DNA from: Planctomycetota bacterium
GTDB taxonomy: Bacteria; Planctomycetota; UBA1135; UBA2386
Direction: 5' to 3'
NCBI GenBank assembly: GCA_965228735.1
Contig: OZ245838.1
Location: 6,496,001 to 6,560,000, forward strand
DNA: 64,000 nt
The position numbers and the translations under genes are program-made. Below, one piece after another: positions 49,850 to 63,067 of this stretch. Every line of letters begins with the position of its first letter. The first letter of the stretch is position 1. The notes under the pieces were generated by a model. It saw only the letters and a program-made list of their open reading frames with translations, was not told the origin of the DNA and did no database searches.

Positions 49850-51070
49850 ATGCAGATTCGCCAGAAGCCAGTGGCACAAGTGCTGCTCGGCGCTGTCCTC
49901 CTCGCCTGTCCGTCCCTGCTCGCGCAGGATGACCCGGCTGCGGCCGAGTCGATGACGGCGATCGAGAAGGAGTACGAAGCCGCCAGTGAGCAGTGGATGA
50001 AGTCGTATCGTTCCGCTTCGAAGGAGGAGCGGCAGAAGCTCGTCAACGAACGGCCGGACGCCAAGACGTGGCTGCCGCGCGTGCAGCAGATCCTCGCGGC
50101 GCGGCCGCAGTCGGATGACGGCTGCGCGGCGGCGATCTGGGTCGTGCGCGTCGCGCGCGCCAGCGGCAGCGAGCTCGAGAACGCGCTCGACGTCCTCGCG
50201 CAGCATCACCTCGCCGATGAACGGCTCGGCGACCTGATGCTGACGTTGTCGCGCAACCCGGCGCCGGCCGTCGGGTTGTTCCTGACGAAGGCCGAAGCCG
50301 CGGCGGAAGGCGAGATGCTCGCCAAGGTCTGCTTCGCCCACGGCTCGCACCTCAAGTCGGCCGCGGGTCTGGCGAACCGGATGGCCGGCGCCAGCGACGA
50401 GGAGAAGACGCAGTACGCGGGCTTCTACGGTCGCCAGACCGTGGACGTGCTCGCGGAGGCGGACGCCAGCGAGTTCGAGAGCCGCGCGGTGAAGTACTTC
50501 GAACGGATCCTCGCCGACGATGCGATGCGCGCGGTCGAGTACTACCGCGGCACGATGGGCGAAGCCGCCGAGGGCAACCTCTTCGAGCTGCAGCGTCTGG
50601 CGATCGGCAAGGTCGCGCCCGACATCGTCGGCGAAGACATCGACGGCGTGCCGATGAAGCTCAGCGACTACCGCGGCAAGGTCGTCGTGATCGACTTCTG
50701 GGGCGATTGGTGAGGCCCGTGCCGGGCCATGTACCCACACGAGCGGTCGCTCGTGAAGCGTCTCAGTGACAAGCCCTTCGCGCTGCTCGGCGTCAACTCC
50801 GATCGCGATCGCGAGAAGATCAAGCAGATCATCGAAGAGAAGGGGCTGACGTGGCGTTCGTTCTGGAACGGCGGCAGCACCAGCGGGCCGATCTCCACCC
50901 GCTGGAACGTGCGCGGTTGGCCGACGATCTACGTCCTCGACGAAGAGGGCGTGATCCGGTTCAAGAACGTGCGCGGTGAAGCCATGGACCACGCCGTCGA
51001 CTCGCTGCTTGCGAAGCTCGAGGCGAAGTCCGGCGCCGCTGGCGATCAGAAGAGCGGCGGCGAGCGGTAG
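49850..51070 (+). CDS. TlpA/ResA-like thioredoxin-fold protein with selenocysteine (UxxC), read through TGA 50711-50713
   Basis: VVVIDFWGDW-TGA-GPCRAM continues in frame into 50729-51070 (LLGVNSD, WNVRGWPTIYVLD); hairpin just downstream; signal peptide, GGAGA RBS. Confidence 0.88.
50738..50755 (+). promoter_or_regulatory. Candidate bacterial SECIS stem-loop
   Basis: CACGAGC-GGTC-GCTCGTG; G-led apical loop begins 31 nt after the UGA. Confidence 0.7.
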
Positions 51071-51088
51071 CTCGCCCGCGCGGCATGT

Positions 51089-51937
51089 TCACACGGGTTG
51101 CTCGCGGAAGCGCCCGTGCTTGAGGAAATGCAGCACCTGGACGATCGCGGCGTCGTCCTGCGCGAGTTGCGTGTGGCCGAGCAGCATGCCGACGCTGTCG
51201 GTCTGCTCCGGTAGCTGCGCTTCTTCGACTCCGACGCGGCCGTCGTCGTCGCCGGGGATCGCGGTCGACCAGCCCTCGGGCGGCGCGGTGCCGAACATGC
51301 ACCCGATGCGCGCGACGTCGAGCCGCGGCAGCTTGGCGTAGATCGGATCGCCCGGCACGAGCTGCTTCGCCGACTCGCCGCCGAACGTCTGGAAGAACCA
51401 GCTGTCCCGGTAGGTGCTCGCGAGGTGCGCGCCGCGGTGCGGTGAGCCGAGGAACACGCAGCTGCTCGCCGGGCGCGCGTCCGGCCGCGCCAGGTAATGC
51501 CGGATCACGAGGCCGCCGAGCGAGTGCCCGACGAAGTGGATCTCCGGCAGCTCGTCGTCGCGGCCGTCGAGCCGTTCGTCGATCGCGGCCTGCAGCCTCG
51601 CGCTGTGACCCTCGATGCCGTGCTCGGTGCTCGGGTACGACGTGTTGAGCACCTCGTAACCGTGCGCCTCGAGCGCCTCCTCGAGGCGCCACAACGACAG
51701 CGACGATCGCAGCATGCCGTGCTGCAGCACGACGAGCTGCGGCCGCTCGCGTTCGTTCTGCAGTTCGGCGCGCCGGTCGAATTCGTCGAACGAGCGGATC
51801 GTGTCGCGCACGTCGAACGGCGTGATCACGCAGCTCGCGCCGATCAGCAGGAGCAGCGCGATCGTGGCGCGGACCAGGCCTTGGCGGATTCGTCGCCACC
51901 GGCCGGTGGGGCGAGGGCTGTCCGGAACACCGTTCAT
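51089..51937 (-). CDS. Alpha/beta hydrolase (lipase/esterase-like)
   Basis: LQHG, GHSLGG nucleophile elbow, LGSPHRG, DDGRV, GH. Confidence 0.88.
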   Translation of the reverse strand: MNGVPDSPRPTGRWRRIRQGLVRATIALLLLIGASCVITPFDVRDTIRSFDEFDRRAELQNERERPQLVVLQHGMLRSSLSLWRLEEALEAHGYEVLNTSYPSTEHGIEGHSARLQAAIDERLDGRDDELPEIHFVGHSLGGLVIRHYLARPDARPASSCVFLGSPHRGAHLASTYRDSWFFQTFGGESAKQLVPGDPIYAKLPRLDVARIGCMFGTAPPEGWSTAIPGDDDGRVGVEEAQLPEQTDSVGMLLGHTQLAQDDAAIVQVLHFLKHGRFREQPV

Positions 51938-52023
51938 CCTGCCCTAGCCCCTGGGCCGCGAGACGCCGGCGCGAAAGGGTCGAAATACGCGTCGCCGCGG
52001 GCGGTCCCGCGACATGGGCGGGC

Positions 52024-54576
52024 ATGAATCGCAATCTCCACGGAGTCTTCTCGATCGCGCGCGCCCGGGTGATGCTCGCGGCGTTCGCGCTGCTCGCGGG
52101 CGTGCTGCTCGCCACGCCAGCGGCGAGTCAGGTCGTCGGCTGGGCCTGGGTCGTGCCGGCCGGCCAGGGGCAGACCTTCACCCCGCTGTCGCACTATCAG
52201 TACCTGACGAACGGCCAGACGATCACCGTGGCGCGCGGGATCGGCAACAACGAGTTCATCGTGACGTTTCCCAACGCCGCGCCGAGCGTCGGTGGCTGTG
52301 TCCACGCGAGCCCGGTGAGCGGCAACCACACGACGGTCGTGAAGAGCTGGCTCACGAGTTCTGGTGACGTCGTCGCATCGGTGCTGTTGTTCGACGCTGC
52401 CGGGCAGCCGGCGAACGACGAGCAGTTCACGATCCACTGGCGCTACGAGGGGCCGAACTCGCGCCGCGAGGCCTACTGCTGGGCCAACAATGCGACGGCC
52501 GCGGTCTACACTCCGAGCGCGGCCTACGCGTGGAACGGCAACCGCGGGGCGCCGACGATCCAGCGGCTCTCGACCGGGCGCTACCGCGTCAAGTTTCCCG
52601 GACTGTCGAACTTCCTCCCCGGCGGGGAACGCGGCCACGTGCAGGTCACGCCGCACGGCAGCGCGCCGGTGTGGGCTACCGTCGCGCAGTGGAGTCACGC
52701 CGGCAGCGACGTCAACGTGGAAGTGCGCACGTTCGACGCCCTGGGCCAGCCGACGGACAATCGCTTCGTCGTGAGCTACAACGAAGCGGCCGCGCCGCTC
52801 GCCGCCGACGACGGTTCGGGTGCGCACGTGTGGGCCCACCTCGCGACGCAGACCAACTACACGCCGTCCGCGAGCTACACGGACAGCAACGGCCGCTTCG
52901 GGCCGCCCGACGACGAGACCGTGCGTCGCATCAGCACGGGCTTCTACCGCGTCAACCTGCCCAACGTCGACCCGGGCAAGAGCTCGACTGTGCAGGTCAC
53001 GGCGTTCGGCACTTCGTCGCGCTACGCGTCGGTCGGCGGCTGGCTCGGCGACGGCTGCGGCGGCACGAACGTGGTCGTGCGCGTCCATGACCAGAGCGGC
53101 AACCTCGTCGACGGTCAGTTCAACCTGCTGTATCTCTCGAGCCGGCCAGCCAGCAAACCGTCGATCGGCTGGGCGTTCATCAACCCGGCGGGACAGGGGA
53201 CGACGTTCACGCCCGACCCGACGTACTCGTACTCGAGCGCCGGCCAGCCGATCACCGTGACGCGCGGCAACTTCGCCCACGAGTACACCATCACGTTCGA
53301 GGGCCTCGCGCCGCGTCCGGGCGGCGTGCCGATCGTGGCGCCGCTGAACGGGAGCCACGCCGTCATCGTGCGGCACATCGACACCGTGTCGACGCCCGAC
53401 GTGACGGTCTTCGTCGACACCTGGGGGCCCAACGGGTTGCCGGCACCCAACGCGCCGTTCACCATCCTCTGGCGCCAGGGCGGCGAGTCGGGCACCCGAC
53501 GCGCGTACGCGTTCTCGACGCAGCCGACGTCGCCGTCGACGCCGATGCATCCGATCTACCACTGGAACGACGGTCGCGGGGCGGTCGTGAACCGCATCTC
53601 ACAGGGCAACTACCAGGCCGTCTTCTACGGGCTCGCGCCCCAAGGTGCGGAGCGCGGCAACGTCCAGGTGTCGGCGTACGGCGCCGGCCTGAAGCGCGCC
53701 AAGGTCGTCTCGTGGGGGGCGTCCGGGCCGGACCTCGTCGTGAACGTGCAGACGCGTGACATCACCGGCGCGCTCGAGGACCACGAGTTCATCGTGAGCT
53801 ACACCGAGACGGCCGCGCCGATCCCGCGCGAGGACGGCTCGGGAGCGCACGTGTGGGCCAACTTCCCGACGCTGCAGAACTACACGCCGCACGCGGCCTA
53901 CACGGACAGCAACGGGACCCTCGGCCCGACCGGTGGCCCGAGTGGCGGCGAGGAGATCTTCAGGCTCGGCACCGGTTCGTATCAGGTGTGGTTGCCCGAC
54001 CTCAAGGGCAGCGACAGCAGCATCGCGATCGTGACCGGCCACGGCAACGACGACACGTTCGCGAGCATCGACTCGTGGTGGGCGGGTCCGAGCGGCGGCA
54101 CCGGGGTCGTCGTGCGGACGATGGACGCGGCCGGCAGCCTGACGGACGCGCGTTTCACGCTGCTCTACCTCACGGACGAGCCGGCCGTGACCGTCGCGGA
54201 GAACTCGACGTTCGGCAGCGGCTGCAACGGGCTGACCCTCGTGCCGCGCACGCGCCCGGTGCTGTGTCGCAAGTGGGAGCTGTCGCTCACGGGCGTGCCG
54301 GCGAACGCGGCGCTCGGCTTCGTGCAGGTCGACCTGGTGTCGACGCAGTTCACTCTCGGCCCCAATGCGCCGGGCTGCGTGCTGCACACGGGCGGCGCCG
54401 CGACCGTGCTGCTGCTGATGCCGCTGCCCGATCCGGCCTACAGCCTGACGATCCCGAGTGACCCGTCGTTCATCGGCCTGCCGATCTACGCCCAGGGCGG
54501 CGCGTTCGTGCCGAACGTCAACCCGTACTCGCTCGCGCTGAGCGCCCCGGTGCTGGGCACGGTCGGCGACTACTGA
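52024..54576 (+). CDS. Secreted beta-rich repeat protein
   Basis: Signal peptide; duplicated ~350-aa block (GWAWVVPAGQGQTFTP / GWAFINPAGQGTTFTP; GERGHVQV / AERGNVQV; DGSGAHVWA x2). Confidence 0.85.
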   Translation: MNRNLHGVFSIARARVMLAAFALLAGVLLATPAASQVVGWAWVVPAGQGQTFTPLSHYQYLTNGQTITVARGIGNNEFIVTFPNAAPSVGGCVHASPVSGNHTTVVKSWLTSSGDVVASVLLFDAAGQPANDEQFTIHWRYEGPNSRREAYCWANNATAAVYTPSAAYAWNGNRGAPTIQRLSTGRYRVKFPGLSNFLPGGERGHVQVTPHGSAPVWATVAQWSHAGSDVNVEVRTFDALGQPTDNRFVVSYNEAAAPLAADDGSGAHVWAHLATQTNYTPSASYTDSNGRFGPPDDETVRRISTGFYRVNLPNVDPGKSSTVQVTAFGTSSRYASVGGWLGDGCGGTNVVVRVHDQSGNLVDGQFNLLYLSSRPASKPSIGWAFINPAGQGTTFTPDPTYSYSSAGQPITVTRGNFAHEYTITFEGLAPRPGGVPIVAPLNGSHAVIVRHIDTVSTPDVTVFVDTWGPNGLPAPNAPFTILWRQGGESGTRRAYAFSTQPTSPSTPMHPIYHWNDGRGAVVNRISQGNYQAVFYGLAPQGAERGNVQVSAYGAGLKRAKVVSWGASGPDLVVNVQTRDITGALEDHEFIVSYTETAAPIPREDGSGAHVWANFPTLQNYTPHAAYTDSNGTLGPTGGPSGGEEIFRLGTGSYQVWLPDLKGSDSSIAIVTGHGNDDTFASIDSWWAGPSGGTGVVVRTMDAAGSLTDARFTLLYLTDEPAVTVAENSTFGSGCNGLTLVPRTRPVLCRKWELSLTGVPANAALGFVQVDLVSTQFTLGPNAPGCVLHTGGAATVLLLMPLPDPAYSLTIPSDPSFIGLPIYAQGGAFVPNVNPYSLALSAPVLGTVGDY

Positions 54577-55176
54577 TGGCGGTACCGAACCCTTGCGCCA
54601 GGCGAAGCCTGGACGGGAGAAATCATGACCTGACAGGAATGAGAACCCCGTATTGGAGTCCCGCGGGTGACGAAACCCGCCCGGCGAAGGCTAGCCACCA
54701 GCCGGAAGCGAGTCTTGCGTGGCGACCGGGTAACCGCCGCTGCGAAGCGTAGACAGCGAGGATGTGGGCGGCGCGACTGAGCCCCGAAAGTACCGACAGC
54801 GAGAGAGCCGACGTGGTGGGTTCATCGGAAGGCAACATGGAAGGGCCGCAACCGGCTTGGCCCGGAAGTCTCTCCGGGGTCCTGAGAACGACCGCACGCA
54901 TCCATCGGACTCCCCAGGAACCTGGGATCCCCTCGATTGGTCCGATCGTCAACTCCGGCTGGGGCCCGGAAACCAACTCTCCAGGGCCGCGACGTCGTGT
55001 CCGCGTCGGTGCCGTCAAGGAATCCGGACACACGGCCGGTACCGCCGAGCGAAGGAAACGAAGCGACGCGGGACGCCAACGAGGGAGTCGGAGTGCGTCA
55101 TAGTACCAAAGAGTCCGGGGAACCCGCCCCACGGGGACCCGGCGGAGGGAAGGGCGTCACCGGCGACAAGGAACCG

Positions 55177-57757
<2,581 letters not shown>

Positions 57758-57992
57758 CGCTACATCCTCTCACGTCTGGGAGCCTCCGAGAAACCCGGGG
57801 CGGTTCACCCTTGTCGCTGACGAGCCGGATGCGTTAGCCGCGCACGTCCGGATCTGTGGGAGCCCTGGGGGGAGACCCCCAGGGCCACCCGGCGTTTCGA
57901 ATCCGCCACCGCGCCGCCAGCGCAACCCCGCTTCCAAGCCGCGTTGCCGCCGAGTTGCCGGTGGCGGATTCGAAACGGGTTCGGTACCGCCA

Positions 57993-59726
57993 TCACTGCA
58001 GGCGGAGATCGACGGCGTTGCTGACGTGGGTGACGATTCCCTGGCGCAGCGCGATCGCGACGGGGTGCAGCGTGATCCCGGCGAAGCCCGGGGGCAGCGG
58101 CGGGACCGCGATCGTGCAGCGGCCCGTGCCGCTGCCGTCGAGGATGCCGGCACCCTGTCGCATCGTGCCCGGCAGGCCGCCGGTCACGGTCAGCAGGAAG
58201 AGCGGGTCGACGGTCACGGGCAGGGTGATGCCCGCCGCGGTGATGCCGTGCGTCGTCGTGGCCGTGGCGAGGCCGAACGCGTAGCTCGCGCCCGCCGAGT
58301 CCGGCCCGAGGCGGAACGTGAGCTGCTGGCGGCCGCCGCTCGTGACGGGCACGCTCGCGATGTCGCTCGTGAGTGTGGTGGCGTTCGCGAGCGCGCCCGG
58401 ATCGACGGGGAGGGGGCGCGGTGTTCCCAGCTGGTCGAACGGCAGCGCGAACGCCGGATCGCCGCGGTTGTCGATCGCGTGGCCGGCGCGCGGGCGCGCG
58501 TCCGCGGCGAACGTCACGAGGTCGACGTTCTCGAGATCGCCGAGGCCCTGGCCGAACTGATACGCGTCCGCGGTGTGCACGGGATTGCTCGCGCCGAAGA
58601 TGACGTTGCCGCTCGCAACGACGCCCTGGTCACCGATCCCGAACCACACGGCGTAGTCGGTCAGCGAGTAGAGCACGTTGTTGCAGAGCACCATGCCCGG
58701 CCGATTGCCCCAGCGCGCGAGCGTCGCCGCGCGCCCGACGCTGACGAACGTGTTGTGCACGAGCTGCAGCCGCTGGCTCGTGCCCTGATGGTCGTGGCTC
58801 TGGAACGCGGCGCTGCCGCCGAGCGCGATGTTGTTGAGCACGAGCGCGTCGCCCTGCACCTGCAGCACGGCGTCGTCGCTGTCGTAGCACAGGTTGGCCG
58901 ACACCACGTTCTCGTCCACGCCGCCCGTGCCGTAGACGAGGATGCACGGGTTCTGGCAGTCGTGCACCCGGTTGTTGTGGATCCAGTTGCGCGTCGAACC
59001 CGGCTTGACCTCGATGCCGTCGCCCTGCCCGGCACTCGCGGAGCGCGTGCCGTGCACGTGATTGAACGCGATCACCGAGTCGGTCACGACGAGGCTGCCG
59101 GAGGTGCCGCCGAGGTAGATGCCTTCGTTGGGCGTGCCCGGCCCCGGCCGCGTGATCTCGTTCCGCGTCAGGTACAGGTGACTGCACGAGATCGTCTGCA
59201 CGGCGATGCCGAGGCCGTTGCCGTCGTGCAGATAGCAGCCGTCGATCCAGGTGAACGAACCGTCGTAGATCCGGATCAGGTCGCTGCCGCCCGTGAACTC
59301 GAGGTTCTGCAGCACGAGATAGCGTGAGCGGCCGTTGCTCCCGATGTTGAGGCAGTTCTGGCTCGCGCTCGGGCGCGTGATCACCGGCCGGTCGTTCGGA
59401 TCGGCGGCGACGATCCGCACGGGCTGATTCGCGGAGCCCTGGATCGACAGGTCGAAGCGGTTGCTCACCGACCACGTGCCCGGACCGAGCTCGAGCGTCG
59501 TGCCGGGCGCCAGGTTCTCGGCGAGCTGCTCGAACGCCGCGCCGTTGCCGAGCGGGCCGAGGCTCGGTTGATACGCGAGCTGGATCACGGTTCCGGCCGC
59601 GCTCTGGCCCCAGGCCGGGAACGGGCTGCTCGGCAACCAGGCCGGGAGAGCGACCTGTGCCGCGACGGGGGCGCAGAGCACGCCGAGGAGGGGCAGGGCG
59701 GCGAGCAGACGCGGGTTCTTGGCCAC
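57993..59726 (-). CDS. Secreted right-handed parallel beta-helix protein
   Basis: Signal peptide, L.PG..L.L.PG.W, G....PVRI, repeated N-ladder motifs (NEGIYLG, DGIEVK, NNRVHD). Confidence 0.82.
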   Translation of the reverse strand: MAKNPRLLAALPLLGVLCAPVAAQVALPAWLPSSPFPAWGQSAAGTVIQLAYQPSLGPLGNGAAFEQLAENLAPGTTLELGPGTWSVSNRFDLSIQGSANQPVRIVAADPNDRPVITRPSASQNCLNIGSNGRSRYLVLQNLEFTGGSDLIRIYDGSFTWIDGCYLHDGNGLGIAVQTISCSHLYLTRNEITRPGPGTPNEGIYLGGTSGSLVVTDSVIAFNHVHGTRSASAGQGDGIEVKPGSTRNWIHNNRVHDCQNPCILVYGTGGVDENVVSANLCYDSDDAVLQVQGDALVLNNIALGGSAAFQSHDHQGTSQRLQLVHNTFVSVGRAATLARWGNRPGMVLCNNVLYSLTDYAVWFGIGDQGVVASGNVIFGASNPVHTADAYQFGQGLGDLENVDLVTFAADARPRAGHAIDNRGDPAFALPFDQLGTPRPLPVDPGALANATTLTSDIASVPVTSGGRQQLTFRLGPDSAGASYAFGLATATTTHGITAAGITLPVTVDPLFLLTVTGGLPGTMRQGAGILDGSGTGRCTIAVPPLPPGFAGITLHPVAIALRQGIVTHVSNAVDLRLQ

Positions 59727-59827
59727 GGGACGCGCTACGCGGGCGAGCGGGCCGGCGGGCACCGAAATCCGGTTCCGCCGGGCCGGTGGGCGGCCGCGGG
59801 CCGTTTCGGGTCCGGGGATCGTTGCGC

Positions 59828-59855
59828 TTGACACCCGGACCGCCCCGGCTACTCT
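59828..59855 (+). promoter_or_regulatory. Sigma70-type promoter for rplU-rpmA
   Basis: TTGACA-16 nt-TACTCT. Confidence 0.6.
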
Positions 59856-59930
59856 CCCTCGCCCGTTTTTCCGCGCCGGCCCCTGGGCCGTGCGGACCGA
59901 ACCCACGCCATCCCCGCCGCGACTATCGCA

Positions 59931-60245
59931 ATGTACGCCGTCATCGACGATCGCAACCAGCAGTACCGGGTCCAGCCCGGTGACCGCATCCGGATCCACT
60001 ATCGCAGCGATGCCGAAGAGGGCGCGAGCGTGACCTTCGACAAGGTCTGCTGCGTCGGCGGCGAGGGCGACGGCAAGGTCGGAACCCCGCACGTCGACGG
60101 CGCTTCGGTCGCCGGCAAGGTCGTGCGCCAGTGCAAGGGACCCAAGATCTACATCGGCAAGTTCCGCCGGCGCAAGGACAGCAAGAAGCGCACGGGTTTC
60201 CGCGCGAAGTACACCGAGGTCCAGATCGAGGCGATCAACGCCTGA
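59931..60245 (+). CDS. rplU: 50S ribosomal protein L21
   Basis: MYAVI....QYRV..GD, GPKI...KFRRRK. Confidence 0.95.
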   Translation: MYAVIDDRNQQYRVQPGDRIRIHYRSDAEEGASVTFDKVCCVGGEGDGKVGTPHVDGASVAGKVVRQCKGPKIYIGKFRRRKDSKKRTGFRAKYTEVQIEAINA

Positions 60246-60259
60246 GGCGGTAACCAACC

Positions 60260-60511
60260 ATGGCACACAAGAAGGGACAGGGCTCGACGAGCAACGGCCG
60301 CGACAGCAACGCGCAGTACCGCGGCATCAAGGCCTACGGTGGTGAGCGCGTGAAGGCCGGCTCGATCATCGTTCGGCAGTGCGGCACCAAGTTCCACCCG
60401 GGTCGCCACGTGCGGCGCGCCAAGGATGACACGCTGTTCGCGGTCGCCGAAGGCGTCGTTCGCTTCCAGAGCAACGGCCGCGTCCACATCGACGCGCCGG
60501 CCGCGAACTGA
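60260..60511 (+). CDS. rpmA: 50S ribosomal protein L27
   Basis: [16 protein letters not shown]. Confidence 0.98.
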   Translation: MAHKKGQGSTSNGRDSNAQYRGIKAYGGERVKAGSIIVRQCGTKFHPGRHVRRAKDDTLFAVAEGVVRFQSNGRVHIDAPAAN

Positions 60512-60596
60512 CGCCTGGCTGATACGCAAACGGACGCCCGGCTGACGGAGGCGAGTCGGTCTCGTCGCTGGGCTCGTCGTCGCTGAGGGCTGCGCC

Positions 60597-61649
60597 ATGT
60601 TCGTCGACGAACTCGAAGTCACGCTCCGCGCCGGGAAGGGCGGCGATGGCTGCGTCTCGTTCTTGCGCGACAAGAACACGCTCAAGGGCGGGCCCGATGG
60701 CGGTGACGGCGGCAAGGGCGGCGATGTCGTGCTGCTGCCGACGACGCACAAGAACACGCTCTACCACCTGACGGGGCAGCGCGTTCTCGGCGCGAAGAAC
60801 GGCGTGCAGGGCGGGCCGTCCGATTGCTACGGCAAGGCCGGCGACGACCTCGTGATCGAGGTGCCCGTCGGCACGGTGGTGCTCGACGCGGAGCGCGGCC
60901 ACGTGCTGCGCGACCTCAAGCAGGCGGATGAGCCGTGGGTCGTCGTTCGTGGCGGTCACGGTGGCCGGGGCAATACCCGCTTCAAGAGCGCGACCAACCG
61001 GACGCCGCGGCAGTACGAGCGCGGCAAGCCCGGCGAAGAGCGCTACGTCCGCTTCTCGCTCAAGCTCATCGCCGACGTCGGGCTGCTCGGGTTGCCCAAC
61101 GCGGGCAAGTCGACGCTGGTCTCGGCGATCACGAAGGCGCGGCCGAAGATCGCGTCGTATCCGTTCACGACGCTCGAGCCGATGCTCGGCATCGCGCAGG
61201 GGGCGGGCGACACGACGTTCGTCGTCGCGGACATCCCGGGGCTCATCGAGGGCGCGAGCGCCGGCAAGGGGCTCGGCGACAAGTTCCTCAAGCACATCGA
61301 CCGGACCCGGCTGCTGCTGCACCTCATCGATTGCAGCGACCTGCCGCACGACGAACCGGCCGAGGCGTGGCGCGTCGTGCGCCAGGAGCTCGCGGGGCAC
61401 TCCAAGGACCTGGCCGCGCGCCCGAGCATCGTCGTGGCGACCAAGATCGAGGACGACGCCGCGCGGCAGCGGGCGCAGGCGCTCGCGACGGCCATCAAGC
61501 AACCCGTGCTGCCGATCTCGAGCGCGACGGGTCAGGGGTTGCCGGAGTTGCTGCGGGCGATCACGGTGACGCTGGCGCAGCTCGAGCCGGATGCCGGTGC
61601 GGTTGCCGATGGTGGGGCGGCCGCCGGCGGGGCCGTCGACGGCGGCTGA
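60597..61649 (+). CDS. obgE: GTPase ObgE/CgtA
   Basis: Gly-rich Obg fold, GLPNAGKST, YPFTTL, DIPG, TKIE. Confidence 0.97.
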   Translation: MFVDELEVTLRAGKGGDGCVSFLRDKNTLKGGPDGGDGGKGGDVVLLPTTHKNTLYHLTGQRVLGAKNGVQGGPSDCYGKAGDDLVIEVPVGTVVLDAERGHVLRDLKQADEPWVVVRGGHGGRGNTRFKSATNRTPRQYERGKPGEERYVRFSLKLIADVGLLGLPNAGKSTLVSAITKARPKIASYPFTTLEPMLGIAQGAGDTTFVVADIPGLIEGASAGKGLGDKFLKHIDRTRLLLHLIDCSDLPHDEPAEAWRVVRQELAGHSKDLAARPSIVVATKIEDDAARQRAQALATAIKQPVLPISSATGQGLPELLRAITVTLAQLEPDAGAVADGGAAAGGAVDGG

Positions 61650-61781
61650 TCAGCAGATCACGCGCCGCGCGATCGCCCGATGCCGTGGGCGGTTCGGCAC
61701 CCCGTGCCCGAGCCTGCGACGACCCGCTCCGGTCCACGCCGAGGAATGCCGATACCAGCGTGAACTCCGGAGGGAACCGCA

Positions 61782-62927
61782 TTGAGCACGCAAGGCAAGA
61801 ATCCGACGTCGACCACCTCTCGCCTGCCCAAGCTGCGCGATTTCCTGCGCATCATGGTCAAGGAGAACGCGTCGGACCTCGTCCTCAAGACGCACGGCTG
61901 CCCGGCCGTTCGCGTCGCGGGCGTCATCCGCTTCCTCGGCGACCAGCCGCTGCCGCCGGAGCTCATGCGCGCGTTCGCCGACGAGGTGCTGACGAGCGAG
62001 CACAACCGCGAGGAGTTCGAGCGCACGGGCGCGAGCGACACCGCGGTCGTCGTGCCGGGCGTCGGGCGCTTCCGCTGCAACGCGTTCCACCAGTGCGGCG
62101 AGATCGGCTTCGTCCTGCGCGCGATCAAGAACGAGATTCCGTCGTTCAAGGACCTCAACCTGCCGGTCGACCCGCTGAAGCGGCTGTCGTCGCTCAAGCG
62201 CGGCCTCGTGCTCGCCACGGGCGTCGCGGGCTCCGGCAAGTCGACGACGCTGGCCTCGATGCTCGAGTTCGTCAACCGGACGATGAACAAGCACATCATC
62301 ACGATCGAGGACCCGATCGAGTTCCGGTTCGAGGACAAGCGCTCGATCGTGAACCAGCGCGAGATCGGTCCCGACGTGCAGAGCTTCGGCCAGGCGCTGC
62401 GCCAGGCCATGCGTCAGTCGCCGGACGTCATCCTCATCGGTGAGATGCGCGACGCCGAGACCGTCGCCGCGGCGATCTCCGCGGCCGAGACGGGCCACCT
62501 CGTGTTCTCGACGCTGCACACGGTCAACGCCGTACAAACCGTCGAACGCATCATCTCGTTCTTCCCGCCGCACCAGCACGAGCTCGTGCGTCTGCAGCTC
62601 GCGCTCAACCTCGCGGGCGTCTGCTCGCTGCGTCTCGTGAAGAACAAGGACGGCACGTCGATGGTGCCGGCCGTCGAGATGCTGATCAACACGCCGACCG
62701 TGCGCGAACTGCTCGAACAGGGCAGCACCCGCATGCTGCCGAAGGCGCTGCAGGAAGGCAGCTACTACGGCACGATGACGTTCAACCAGTCGCTGATCCG
62801 TCTGTTCCAGGCCGGCAACATCAGCCTCGAGGACGCGCTGAGCTCGTCGGACAACCCCGACGAACTCAAGATGCAGATGCGCGGCATCACGCAGGGCGGC
62901 GGCGGCCAGATGCGCCAGCCCGTCTGA
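61782..62927 (+). CDS. PilT/PilU family pilus retraction ATPase
   Basis: ASDL, GVAGSGKSTT, TIEDPIE, QREIG, GEMRD, ETGHLVFSTLHT. Confidence 0.93.
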   Translation: MSTQGKNPTSTTSRLPKLRDFLRIMVKENASDLVLKTHGCPAVRVAGVIRFLGDQPLPPELMRAFADEVLTSEHNREEFERTGASDTAVVVPGVGRFRCNAFHQCGEIGFVLRAIKNEIPSFKDLNLPVDPLKRLSSLKRGLVLATGVAGSGKSTTLASMLEFVNRTMNKHIITIEDPIEFRFEDKRSIVNQREIGPDVQSFGQALRQAMRQSPDVILIGEMRDAETVAAAISAAETGHLVFSTLHTVNAVQTVERIISFFPPHQHELVRLQLALNLAGVCSLRLVKNKDGTSMVPAVEMLINTPTVRELLEQGSTRMLPKALQEGSYYGTMTFNQSLIRLFQAGNISLEDALSSSDNPDELKMQMRGITQGGGGQMRQPV

Positions 62928-63029
62928 CCCGTACGGAACCTGGTTCAAACCGCAAGGCTGCCACGCGAGAGCCGCCTTCGGCGGCGCTCGCGTGGCAGCC
63001 TTGCGGTTTGAACCAGGTTCCGTACGGGT
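62927..63029. repeat. Fold-back element D: 50-bp arms, TTC loop, 1 mismatch
   Basis: Shares 25-bp end CCCGTACGGAACCTGGTTCAAACCG with element A. Confidence 0.96.
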
Positions 63030-63067
63030 AGCGACTGGCAGGGCCGGCGGCTAACGTCGCTCACGCC

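Noticed and set aside
50729..51070. Separate small gene or nonsense pseudogene
   Set aside because: The TGA falls exactly on the redox Cys position with a SECIS-like hairpin; better explained as Sec recoding.
57894..57911. tRNA fragment (TTCGAATCC T-loop-like) or integration att site
   Set aside because: No cloverleaf or proper T-stem; the sequence is explained as a palindrome arm.
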